The notes beneath the pieces were generated by a model. That model made no database searches. It saw only the letters and a list, made by a program, of their open reading frames with translations, and was not told the origin of the DNA. Positions 18,008 to 26,339 of a stretch of DNA of 64,000 nt are shown here, in pieces. A program made the translations under genes and the position numbers. The DNA comes from a bacterium (lineage in GTDB: Bacteria > Patescibacteriota > Minisyncoccia > Phycocordibacterales > JBBTRF01): positions 325,765-389,764 of the forward strand of contig JBAXTI010000001.1 of assembly GCA_037130265.1 (NCBI GenBank), in the 5' to 3' direction. The first letter of the stretch is position 1; each line of letters starts with the position of its first letter.

Positions 18008-21000
18008 ATGAAATCGCCGAAATCACCTTTGGGTGCGCCGAAACCGCTGCCGCCGTACGACCACATGTCCATTGAATCAAAATGGCAAAAGCAGTGGGCG
18101 AAGAAAAAGATATACGCCACCAAGGAAGACGCGAAGAAGGACGCCTTCTATGTCCTCGACATGTTCCCGTATCCGTCCGGTGAAGGTCTCCACGTGGGTC
18201 ATCCGAAGGGCTACATCGCTACTGATGTGGTGTCGCGTATGAAGCGTATGCAGGGTCACTCGGTGCTCCACCCGATGGGCTTTGACGCTTTTGGCCTGCC
18301 AGCAGAAAACTACGCGATCAAAATGAAGACCAACCCGGCCATCGCCGTGGAGAAAAATGTGAAGCGATACAAAGAGCAGCTCGAGATGTTTGGTTTTGAC
18401 TATGATTGGTCACGCGAGATAAATACCACCGACCCCGCATACTATAAATGGACGCAGTGGATCTTTTTGAAGCTGCTCGAAAAAGGTCTCGCATATGAGT
18501 CTCATGAGCCGATCAACTGGTGCCCTTCCTGCAAGACCGGACTTGCCAACGAAGACCTCGAGGATGGCAAGTGTGAGCGCTGCGGCAGTGTCGTGGAGAA
18601 AAAGCCGATTCGCCAGTGGGTGTTGAAAATCACCGATTACGCGGAACGACTTCTTGCGGATTTGGATGCAACCGAAAAGCCTTTAATGATCCGTGACACG
18701 GGTCCAGATGCCGTGCGTCCTGGCATGCCATTAGAGGAGCGAAATGCGGTGGTCTGTGTGGTGAAGCATTGGTCTGAAGACAAGTTCCTCTGCTTGCGCT
18801 GGAAGAGTAATGATTGGCACGGACTCGTAGTCGGCGGCGTCGAAAAGGGCGAGCAACTCGCCGAAGCCGCGGTGCGTGAGGTGCGGGAGGAGACAGGCTA
18901 TCAGAATGTTCGCTTTGTCCGCGAATTCGCCAAGCTCGACTCGCAGTTCTACCAGGCGATCAAAAAGGTCAATCGCTTTGCACATTTCACCGGCGTATAC
19001 CTCGAGCTCACGGATGATGCCTGGAAAGATATTGATGAGAAAGAAAAGGCTCTCCATGAGGTGGTGTGGTTGTCGCGCGCTGAAGTTGCTGGTTTCTTGA
19101 ATCGTCCAGACATGAACTATCTCTGGGATGTCTTTGTCGGCAAAGTAAAGGCCGAGCAGCCCGCACTCGATTGGCCAACCTCTATTAAAGAGCTCCAGCG
19201 AAATTGGATCGGCAAGAGTGACGGTATGATTTTTACCGCACCGGTAAAGGACACAAATCTCACGATTCAGACCTTCTCCGCGCACTTTGAGGCCTGCTAC
19301 GCCGATACGTTTGTCGTGATCGCTCCGGATCATCCATTTTTGTCGACCTTGCTCGAAGGTACAAAAGATAAACAGAAAGTGCTCGATTTTTGTGCGGCTC
19401 TTGTGGCGAAGCGTGCACAGCAGGGTTTTGCAGAAGAAAAAGAATCTGAGGGTATTTTTACTGGCCGATACATTGTCGATCCACTTGGCAACGGTGACCT
19501 GCCCATCTGGGTGGCAAGCTTTGCTTTGGCGGACTACGGAACCGGTATCGTGAAGTGTTCTGCTCACGACGACCGCGACTTTGCTTTTGCGAAGAAGTAC
19601 GGCATTAAGATGAAGACTGTTTTGTATCCAAAAGATGCAGTGCTGGCTGAAAAGGTGAGTGCTCAGGAGGTGTGCTTTGCCGATGCGCAGGCCGGTGTTT
19701 TGAGTGAGCCGAAAGAATTTGCTGGCAAGAACGCACGAAGTGTGCGAAAGGAAATTATTGCTCACCTCGAATCAAAAAACCTCGCCAAAAAGAAAACTAC
19801 CTACCGCCTCCGCGACTGGGTGTTCTCCCGCCAGCGATATTGGGGTGAGCCGATCCCTGTGGTGCATTGTGAGAAGTGCGGAGTCGTTCCTGTCCCAGAA
19901 AAGGACCTTCCTGTGAAGCTCCCGAAAGTGAAATCATATGAGCCGACTGGCACAGGTGAGTCGCCTTTGGCTGCTATCGAGAAGTGGGTGAACACGAAGT
20001 GTCCGAAATGTAGAAGTAAAAAGGTAAACGGCGTGCGTCCGAAAGCTCGGCGCGAAACCAACACCATGCCTCAATGGGCGGGTTCGAGCTGGTACTACTT
20101 GCGATACATGGATGCACAAAATAAAAAAGCTCTGGTCAGTCCTGATGCAGAGCAGTATTGGGCACCTGTAGACCTCTATGTCGGCGGGGCAGAACACGCG
20201 ACTCGACACCTCATCTACGCGCGCTTCTGGCACAAGTTCCTGTACGACATCGGTGCGGTATCGACCACGGAACCTTTCAAGAAGCTCCAACATGTCGGCC
20301 TCATCATGGCAGAGGATGGACGAAAAATGTCGAAGCGCTGGGGTAACGTTGTGAATCCAGACGAAATCATCGCCACCTACGGCGCGGATACTTTGCGCGT
20401 GTACGAAATGTTCATGGGACCTTTTGATCAGCAGATTGCGTGGAACACGAACAGCATGATTGGCTCGCGCCGCTTCTTGGAGCGCGTGTGGAAATTGGTT
20501 GGAAAGGTGCAGGTTGGTTCGGCTGCATCATCAACTGGTGCGTCTTCGACCGAGGTAGAATCCTTACTTCACAAAACTGTCAAAAAGGTGGCGGCGGACA
20601 TTGCGGACATGAAATTCAACACGGCGATCAGTACGCTGATGATCTTGCTCAATGCTTTGGATGAGCAGCCTGCCGGTGTATCTCGCGAGCAGTATGAAAC
20701 CTTCCTAAAACTCCTCGCGCCGTTTGCGCCGCATATGACGGAAGAGCTTTGGGCACAGCTGGGAAATAAAACCACTGTTCATCTCGCGTCGTGGCCGGTG
20801 TGCGATGAGGCAAAGATTCAGGAGGCGAGTCGCAAGATTGGTGTGCAGGTGAACGGCAAGGTCCGTGCGGAATTCGAAGCACCAGGCGGAGCATCGGACG
20901 CCGAACTCGAAAAACTCGCACTCGCGTTGCCAGAAGTACAGAAGTGGGTCGCGGGCAAGCAGGTGAAAAAAGTGATTGTTGTAAAAGGAAAACTAGTGAG

Positions 21001-21019
21001 TGTCGTGGTGGCGGAATAG
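18008..21019 (+). CDS. leuS: Leucine--tRNA ligase with an inserted Nudix hydrolase domain
   Basis: HIGH-type motif HVGHPKGY, Zn-binding CPSCKTGLANEDLEDGKCERCG, RNWIGKSDG, CP1 editing domain, KMSKR (KMSKS) and anticodon-binding/C-terminal domains. Residues ~221-387 carry a perfect Nudix box GGVEKGEQLAEAAVREVREETGY. Confidence 0.9.
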   Translation: MKSPKSPLGAPKPLPPYDHMSIESKWQKQWAKKKIYATKEDAKKDAFYVLDMFPYPSGEGLHVGHPKGYIATDVVSRMKRMQGHSVLHPMGFDAFGLPAENYAIKMKTNPAIAVEKNVKRYKEQLEMFGFDYDWSREINTTDPAYYKWTQWIFLKLLEKGLAYESHEPINWCPSCKTGLANEDLEDGKCERCGSVVEKKPIRQWVLKITDYAERLLADLDATEKPLMIRDTGPDAVRPGMPLEERNAVVCVVKHWSEDKFLCLRWKSNDWHGLVVGGVEKGEQLAEAAVREVREETGYQNVRFVREFAKLDSQFYQAIKKVNRFAHFTGVYLELTDDAWKDIDEKEKALHEVVWLSRAEVAGFLNRPDMNYLWDVFVGKVKAEQPALDWPTSIKELQRNWIGKSDGMIFTAPVKDTNLTIQTFSAHFEACYADTFVVIAPDHPFLSTLLEGTKDKQKVLDFCAALVAKRAQQGFAEEKESEGIFTGRYIVDPLGNGDLPIWVASFALADYGTGIVKCSAHDDRDFAFAKKYGIKMKTVLYPKDAVLAEKVSAQEVCFADAQAGVLSEPKEFAGKNARSVRKEIIAHLESKNLAKKKTTYRLRDWVFSRQRYWGEPIPVVHCEKCGVVPVPEKDLPVKLPKVKSYEPTGTGESPLAAIEKWVNTKCPKCRSKKVNGVRPKARRETNTMPQWAGSSWYYLRYMDAQNKKALVSPDAEQYWAPVDLYVGGAEHATRHLIYARFWHKFLYDIGAVSTTEPFKKLQHVGLIMAEDGRKMSKRWGNVVNPDEIIATYGADTLRVYEMFMGPFDQQIAWNTNSMIGSRRFLERVWKLVGKVQVGSAASSTGASSTEVESLLHKTVKKVAADIADMKFNTAISTLMILLNALDEQPAGVSREQYETFLKLLAPFAPHMTEELWAQLGNKTTVHLASWPVCDEAKIQEASRKIGVQVNGKVRAEFEAPGGASDAELEKLALALPEVQKWVAGKQVKKVIVVKGKLVSVVVAE

Positions 21020-21117
21020 GACCTTCCGCTGTGGCGATGTGGTCTAGTGAGGTGGCGTGTCGACAGGTATGTTTCGTGAATGTCAAGCTTCAAAACACCA
21101 CAAAACCCTTTCAGGAC

Positions 21118-21146
21118 TTGACTTTTTGACAAAGCTTGACTATTAT
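21118..21146 (+). promoter_or_regulatory. Sigma-70-type promoter (TTGACT-17-TATTAT)
   Basis: Strong consensus hexamers upstream of the 21187 gene, with overlapping alternative TTGAC boxes. Confidence 0.4.
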
Positions 21147-21186
21147 GACTATCAATGATAATTTAGGTTAATCAATATTACGACAC

Positions 21187-22242
21187 ATGAGCACTATTAG
21201 CTTCAAACCAAAACAAGTAACCAAGCGACTGATCGCCGTTTTGCCTGATCGTGCTCAGGAAGTGATCACTGCTCGATACGGTCTTGGTAAAGAGTCAAAG
21301 CGTCTCACTCTCGAAGCGATTGGCAAGAAATACGGCATCACTCGAGAGCGTGTTCGACAGATCGAAAACTACGCGATTGCGAACATTCGCAAGTCTGATG
21401 CATACGGCAAGGAGAAGACGATTTTTGCTGACCTCGAACAGGTGCTTCATTCTCTTGGCGGTGTTGTCGTAGAAGACGATCTCCTTTTGCACATCTCAAA
21501 AGACGTGTCTCTTCAGAATCACCTCAACTTTCTTTTGGTGCTCGGTGATACCTTCCAGCGACAGAAAGAAGACGAACATTTCAATCATCGATGGCATGTA
21601 AACGAGGAGCTTTCAAAGCAGGTTGAGGCATCTCTCCAGAAGCTCTACAAGAGCATTTCAAATGATGACCTCCTTTCTGAGTCAGAAATGGTCAACAAGT
21701 TTCTCGAACACCTCAAGGACGTTTCTGAGAAGCACAAGAATGAAGAGGTGGTCCGCCGATGGCTCAAGCTCTCCAAGAAAGTGGCGAAAAATCCACTTGG
21801 CGAATGGGGTCTCGCTGATTCTCCAAATATCAAGACCAAGGGTATGCGAGACTACGCATTCCTCGTTATCCGCAAGCACGGTTCACCAATCCACTTCACT
21901 CAGGTAGCGAAGAACATTGAAAAGATCTTCAATATCAAGGCTCATGTTGCAACCTGCCACAATGAATTGATCAAGGATCCACGTTTCGTACTCGTTGGTC
22001 GCGGTCTCTATGCACTCGCAGAATGGGGCTATATGAGCGGTGTCGTGAAGGATGTGATCAAGAAGATTATCGAAAGAAGCGGCCCGTTGACCAAGGGCGA
22101 GATCATTGAAAAGGTACTCAAAGAGCGATATGTGAAAGAGAACACTATCATGGTGAACCTCCAGAACCCGAAGCATTTCAAGAAAGACAAGGAAGGGAAG
22201 TATTCTGTGGTGATTAGTTTGATCCCAGCAGCAAAGGTATAA
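21187..22242 (+). CDS. DNA-binding protein with an N-terminal sigma-70 region-4-type HTH and a C-terminal HARE-HTH-like winged helix
   Basis: N-terminus ARYGLGKESKRLTLEAIGKKYGITRERVRQIE matches sigma-70 region 4. C-terminus HFTQVAKNIEKIF...DPRFVLVGRGLYALAEWGY resembles the HARE-HTH of RNAP delta/ASXL. Confidence 0.5.
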   Translation: MSTISFKPKQVTKRLIAVLPDRAQEVITARYGLGKESKRLTLEAIGKKYGITRERVRQIENYAIANIRKSDAYGKEKTIFADLEQVLHSLGGVVVEDDLLLHISKDVSLQNHLNFLLVLGDTFQRQKEDEHFNHRWHVNEELSKQVEASLQKLYKSISNDDLLSESEMVNKFLEHLKDVSEKHKNEEVVRRWLKLSKKVAKNPLGEWGLADSPNIKTKGMRDYAFLVIRKHGSPIHFTQVAKNIEKIFNIKAHVATCHNELIKDPRFVLVGRGLYALAEWGYMSGVVKDVIKKIIERSGPLTKGEIIEKVLKERYVKENTIMVNLQNPKHFKKDKEGKYSVVISLIPAAKV

Positions 22243-22271
22243 AGATATTGGTGCGGCCCGGCCGCTCAAAC

Positions 22272-22309
22272 AAAAAAGCGCTGTCCCTTGAGTGGGACAG
22301 CGCTTTTTT
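22272..22309 (+). terminator. Rho-independent terminator
   Basis: Hairpin AGCGCTGTCCC-TTGAGT-GGGACAGCGCT followed by TTTTTTG. Confidence 0.65.
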
Positions 22310-22318
22310 GTTATTATT

Positions 22319-23587
22319 ATGTTCATGGATCCATCTCTCGGCGCTGATTTTGCCAATCTGTATTATCGAAGTGTCTCGACGTTCTTGTCGATGTATCCGT
22401 TTTGGCTGCCCCTTTTCTGCGGATATGTCTTTGTGCATACGTGGTTTCATTATATCCGTAGCGAGTTTGTCGAGAAGCAGGGGGGTACATTGTTAGAAAT
22501 TCGCCTGCCGAAGGAAGTCACCAAATCGCCACTCGCGATGGAAATCTTCTTGGCATCTATTTGGCAGAAGGGTTCCGCAAGTTGGATTGATACCTATATC
22601 AACGGCAAGATACGTAATTGGTTCTCACTCGAGATTGCTTCGATAGGCGGCAAGGTCCACTTTTATATTTGGACACACACCAAATTCAAGGACCTTATTG
22701 AAGCGCAACTCTACGCGTACTATCCCGGAATCGTCATCGAAGAGGTGAAGGACTACACTGACCAGGTCTTCACTGATCCCGAAGAGATGCCGATGTGGGG
22801 CACGTACTACAAGCACACGAAGAAGAGCAAGACTGGCGGGTCACAGGATATGTACCAGATTAAGAGCTATGTTGATTTTGGTTTGGATAAGGCTTCGGAG
22901 AAGGAGGAGTTTAAAATTGATCCAATGAACTCCGTGCTTGAATGGATGGGGTCGTTGCAGGCGGGTGAGCAGGCCTGGTTCCAGATTCTCATTCAGGCGC
23001 ACAAAAAACTTGGTTTGCAGGAAGGTCACTTGAAGAAAGTGGATGATTGGCTCAAGTCCTGCGAAACAGAAATTGCCAATATCAAAAAGGCAGCAACACC
23101 AGAGAGCGATTCTGAATTTCCTGGTTTTCCAAATCTCACAAAGGGTCAAGCAGAGGCCATTGCTGCTATTGAACGAAACGCACACAAGCTACCGTTCGAC
23201 ACCTGTATTCGCGGTATGTATATTGCCACCAAGGCGGCCAACAAGCTGCCTGTGCGTGTGCCTGGCCTAATCGGTGCTTTCCGACAGTACGGCGGAAATT
23301 ACAATTATCTCAACAACCTCGGGCTCGGCTTCTATACTGACTTCGAATATCCATGGCAGGATTTTGGACGTATTCGTCGCACGAGTTATGAAAAGAAATT
23401 CTTGGATGCCTTTAAGCATCGCTCATTTTTCACGTATCCATATAAACACTGGAATGGTAAGCCATTCATCATGACCACTGAGTCACTCGCAACCATTTTC
23501 CATTTACCAGGCGCAACGGCAACAACGCCTTCGCTTGACCGTATCGAATCTCGCCGATCTGAGGCACCAAGCAATTTGCCGATCTAA
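22319..23587 (+). CDS. Hypothetical protein with an N-terminal TM segment
   Basis: ~420 aa with no recognisable family. ORF-track start 22292 lies inside the upstream terminator hairpin, so the ATG at 22319 is preferred. Confidence 0.4.
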   Translation: MFMDPSLGADFANLYYRSVSTFLSMYPFWLPLFCGYVFVHTWFHYIRSEFVEKQGGTLLEIRLPKEVTKSPLAMEIFLASIWQKGSASWIDTYINGKIRNWFSLEIASIGGKVHFYIWTHTKFKDLIEAQLYAYYPGIVIEEVKDYTDQVFTDPEEMPMWGTYYKHTKKSKTGGSQDMYQIKSYVDFGLDKASEKEEFKIDPMNSVLEWMGSLQAGEQAWFQILIQAHKKLGLQEGHLKKVDDWLKSCETEIANIKKAATPESDSEFPGFPNLTKGQAEAIAAIERNAHKLPFDTCIRGMYIATKAANKLPVRVPGLIGAFRQYGGNYNYLNNLGLGFYTDFEYPWQDFGRIRRTSYEKKFLDAFKHRSFFTYPYKHWNGKPFIMTTESLATIFHLPGATATTPSLDRIESRRSEAPSNLPI

Positions 23588-23592
23588 TCCAG

Positions 23593-24651
23593 ATGCCACC
23601 CACCGAGATACCAAGAGAGAACTCTGTTGTGATCGTTCCGGATCCAGCGCCTACACCGATCCGGGTGTCGGAACCTTTCGGGGTCGGACGTCCACCGCTT
23701 TGGTCCGCTACCATGGCATGTGGAGTTACTATCCTCGTTGGCTTGTTCGCCTGGCTTTTGTTGTGGTTGCTATTCATACGACCGCCGGCGGCGTTTCCCG
23801 CAAGATCGTTTTTTACGGTGGAGAAAGGTACTGCGTTGAGCGAGCTCTCAGTACAGCTCGAAGCTACGCACCTGATTCGCTCCGCTTCATTCTTCAAGTT
23901 GGCGGCATACGTTTTGGGCAATCAAGGGAAGGTCCTGTCTGGCGAATATTTTGTGAAGACTCCGGTTTCGTCACTCGAGCTTTTGTCGCGCATCGCAAGC
24001 GGTACCTTTGGTGTTGAGTACAAGGAAGTGACCATTCCGGAGGGTTCGAGCGTGAAGCAGGCTTCGGCGATTATTATAAAGGCTGTGCCGAGCTTTGATG
24101 CAAAACAGTTTGTAGTGATCGCTACGCCATTCGAGGGCTATCTTTTTCCAGACACGTATCGCTTCCTGCCAAAGACCACGCCTGAAGAGACTTTGCATGT
24201 GATGCAACAAAATTTCGACCAAAAGATCGCCACAGTCCAAGCTGATATTACGAAGTTCGGTAGGCCGCTCTCGGATGTGGTGAAGATGGCGTCGATTGTC
24301 GAAGAGGAGGGACGCACGACGATCACTCGCCGCACGATCGCGGGTATTTTGTGGAGGCGCATTTCACTTGGTATGCCGCTGCAGGTGGATGCGTCGTTTT
24401 TGTACATCAATGGCAAGAATACCAGCACGCTCACTCTCGCGGATTTAGCGATTGATTCGCCGTACAACAGCTATATACACAAGGGTTTGCCGCCGACACC
24501 AATCACGAATCCGGGTTTGGATTCTATTTTTGCCACGATTACGCCAATCTCGACACCTTACTTGTATTTTCTCACCGACAAAAAAGGCGTAATGCATTAT
24601 GCTCGCACATTTGACGAACATGTGGCAAACAAGGCACAATTCCTGAAATGA
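23593..24651 (+). CDS. mltG: Endolytic murein transglycosylase MltG (YceG-like)
   Basis: N-terminal TM anchor plus YceG motifs FEGYLFPDTY and GLPPTPITNPG. Confidence 0.85.
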   Translation: MPPTEIPRENSVVIVPDPAPTPIRVSEPFGVGRPPLWSATMACGVTILVGLFAWLLLWLLFIRPPAAFPARSFFTVEKGTALSELSVQLEATHLIRSASFFKLAAYVLGNQGKVLSGEYFVKTPVSSLELLSRIASGTFGVEYKEVTIPEGSSVKQASAIIIKAVPSFDAKQFVVIATPFEGYLFPDTYRFLPKTTPEETLHVMQQNFDQKIATVQADITKFGRPLSDVVKMASIVEEEGRTTITRRTIAGILWRRISLGMPLQVDASFLYINGKNTSTLTLADLAIDSPYNSYIHKGLPPTPITNPGLDSIFATITPISTPYLYFLTDKKGVMHYARTFDEHVANKAQFLK

Positions 24652-25796
24652 TTCAGGGACGACACAACATTGCAGAAAAAACATCTCAAAGGAGGGTCTT
24701 CGTGGGCATGTCCGGAGGGGTCGATAGCTCAGTTTCCGCAGCTTTGCTCAAGCAGGCCGGATACGACGTCACGGGAGTGTTTTTGAAGGTGTGGCAGCCG
24801 GTTTTTTTGACGTGCAATTGGAAAGAAGAACGACTCGACGCGATGCGTGTGGCTGCCATGCTTGATATCCCGTTCCTCACGATTGATCTGGAGAAGGAAT
24901 ACAAGGAAGAAGTGGTGGACTATATGATTGGCGAGTATCGCCGCGGTCGCACGCCGAATCCAGACGTGATGTGCAACAAGGAGATCAAGTTTGGGGCTTT
25001 TTTGAAGAAGGCGTTGTCGATGGGTGCCGATGCGGTGGCGACAGGGCATTATGCGCAGAATGTGTTTAATCCCGTGTCTTTGACGTGGGCTAACACGGAG
25101 GGTATGTATGAAATGCGCGAATCTGTCGACACCGACAAAGACCAAACATATTTTCTGTGGACACTCACGCAGTCGCAGCTCTCGAAAGTACTATTTCCCA
25201 TTGGTCATTTGCCGAAACCAGAAGTGCGGAAGCTTGCGCAGAAGTTTGGCCTGCCTACAGCCGAAAAGAAGGATAGTCAGGGTTTGTGTTTTATCGGCAA
25301 GGTGGATATGAAAGATTTTCTTTCGCATTATATTGCGCCGAAGCAAGGAGCTGTCCTCGACGAAAAGGGGAAGGTGATCGGCACACACGATGGGGCAACT
25401 TTCTTCACTCTCGGTCAGCGTCATGGTTTCATAATCACGGAAAAAACCGTTGCTGACAGACCGATGTATGTCTCAGTAAAAGATGTTGAAGCCAACACCA
25501 TCACTGTTTCCGCACGCGAGGTCTCTGATGCTGACACACCACTGACCACTTCGGTCCTCACGATAGGTGGCGTGAGTTGGACTGGACAAGCTCCTGAAAA
25601 TGGTTCCAAATGCGAAGCGCGCATCCGCTATCGACAGCCACTTGAGCAGTGTGTGCTTTTGGCTGAGACAGGCAAAAATGGCCAATACCAGCTCCGCTTT
25701 GCCGTGCCCCAGTTTGCTGCATCGGCAGGACAGTCCGTGGTGCTATATCGAGATGGGGTGTGTCTCGGTGGCGGCATCATTGAGTTGGCAGTATAA
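24648..25796 (+). CDS. mnmA: tRNA-specific 2-thiouridylase
   Basis: PP-loop VGMSGGVDSSVSA, catalytic Cys residues and the C-terminal beta-barrel. Confidence 0.9.
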   Translation: MIQGRHNIAEKTSQRRVFVGMSGGVDSSVSAALLKQAGYDVTGVFLKVWQPVFLTCNWKEERLDAMRVAAMLDIPFLTIDLEKEYKEEVVDYMIGEYRRGRTPNPDVMCNKEIKFGAFLKKALSMGADAVATGHYAQNVFNPVSLTWANTEGMYEMRESVDTDKDQTYFLWTLTQSQLSKVLFPIGHLPKPEVRKLAQKFGLPTAEKKDSQGLCFIGKVDMKDFLSHYIAPKQGAVLDEKGKVIGTHDGATFFTLGQRHGFIITEKTVADRPMYVSVKDVEANTITVSAREVSDADTPLTTSVLTIGGVSWTGQAPENGSKCEARIRYRQPLEQCVLLAETGKNGQYQLRFAVPQFAASAGQSVVLYRDGVCLGGGIIELAV

Positions 25797-25837
25797 TACT
25801 GGCATTACTCACCCAAATAGGTTTTCATCACATTCAC

Positions 25838-26311
25838 ATGGAATCAAATAACAAAATGACTGGTTGGATTATTGGCATCGTCGTTATTGTGCTCTTGGGC
25901 CTTGGCATCTATTGGCTTTCAACACCAAGTACTCCGCGCGCTTCTGATACCGCACAGAATCCTGTTGTCCAGGACGAATACGTTCAGATGGTGAATGTGA
26001 AGCACCAGTACAAGAACGGCCGACACACCTACGTGGGCGAGATCGACCTCCCAACCCCTTGTCATTCTTTGGTAAGTGCATACAACAAGGATGCGAACAG
26101 CACTACCGGATACACCCTTGTGTTCACCTCGACTTCAACATCAGGCATGTGTGCACAGGTTATTACCTCAAAGCCGTTCAAGCTTTCATTCGCGGCGATC
26201 AAGAATATCATCGTTTCAGGTACTCTCAATGGCAAAAAGCTTCGCTTGAATTTGTTTGAAGTGCCAGACAATCAGAATCTCGACAGTTTTAACGTCAATA
26301 TCAAGGGTTAG
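25838..26311 (+). CDS. Secreted hypothetical protein
   Basis: TM/signal anchor GWIIGIVVIVLLGLGIYWL followed by a beta-rich domain with two Cys. Confidence 0.4.
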   Translation: MESNNKMTGWIIGIVVIVLLGLGIYWLSTPSTPRASDTAQNPVVQDEYVQMVNVKHQYKNGRHTYVGEIDLPTPCHSLVSAYNKDANSTTGYTLVFTSTSTSGMCAQVITSKPFKLSFAAIKNIIVSGTLNGKKLRLNLFEVPDNQNLDSFNVNIKG

Positions 26312-26339
26312 TCCGGACGGAGTAGTAGATTGATAGCGG

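Noticed and set aside
22292-22318. ORF-track start of the 22292..23587 gene
   Set aside because: It falls inside the stem of the upstream rho-independent terminator. The downstream ATG at 22319 (MFMDPS...) is preferred.
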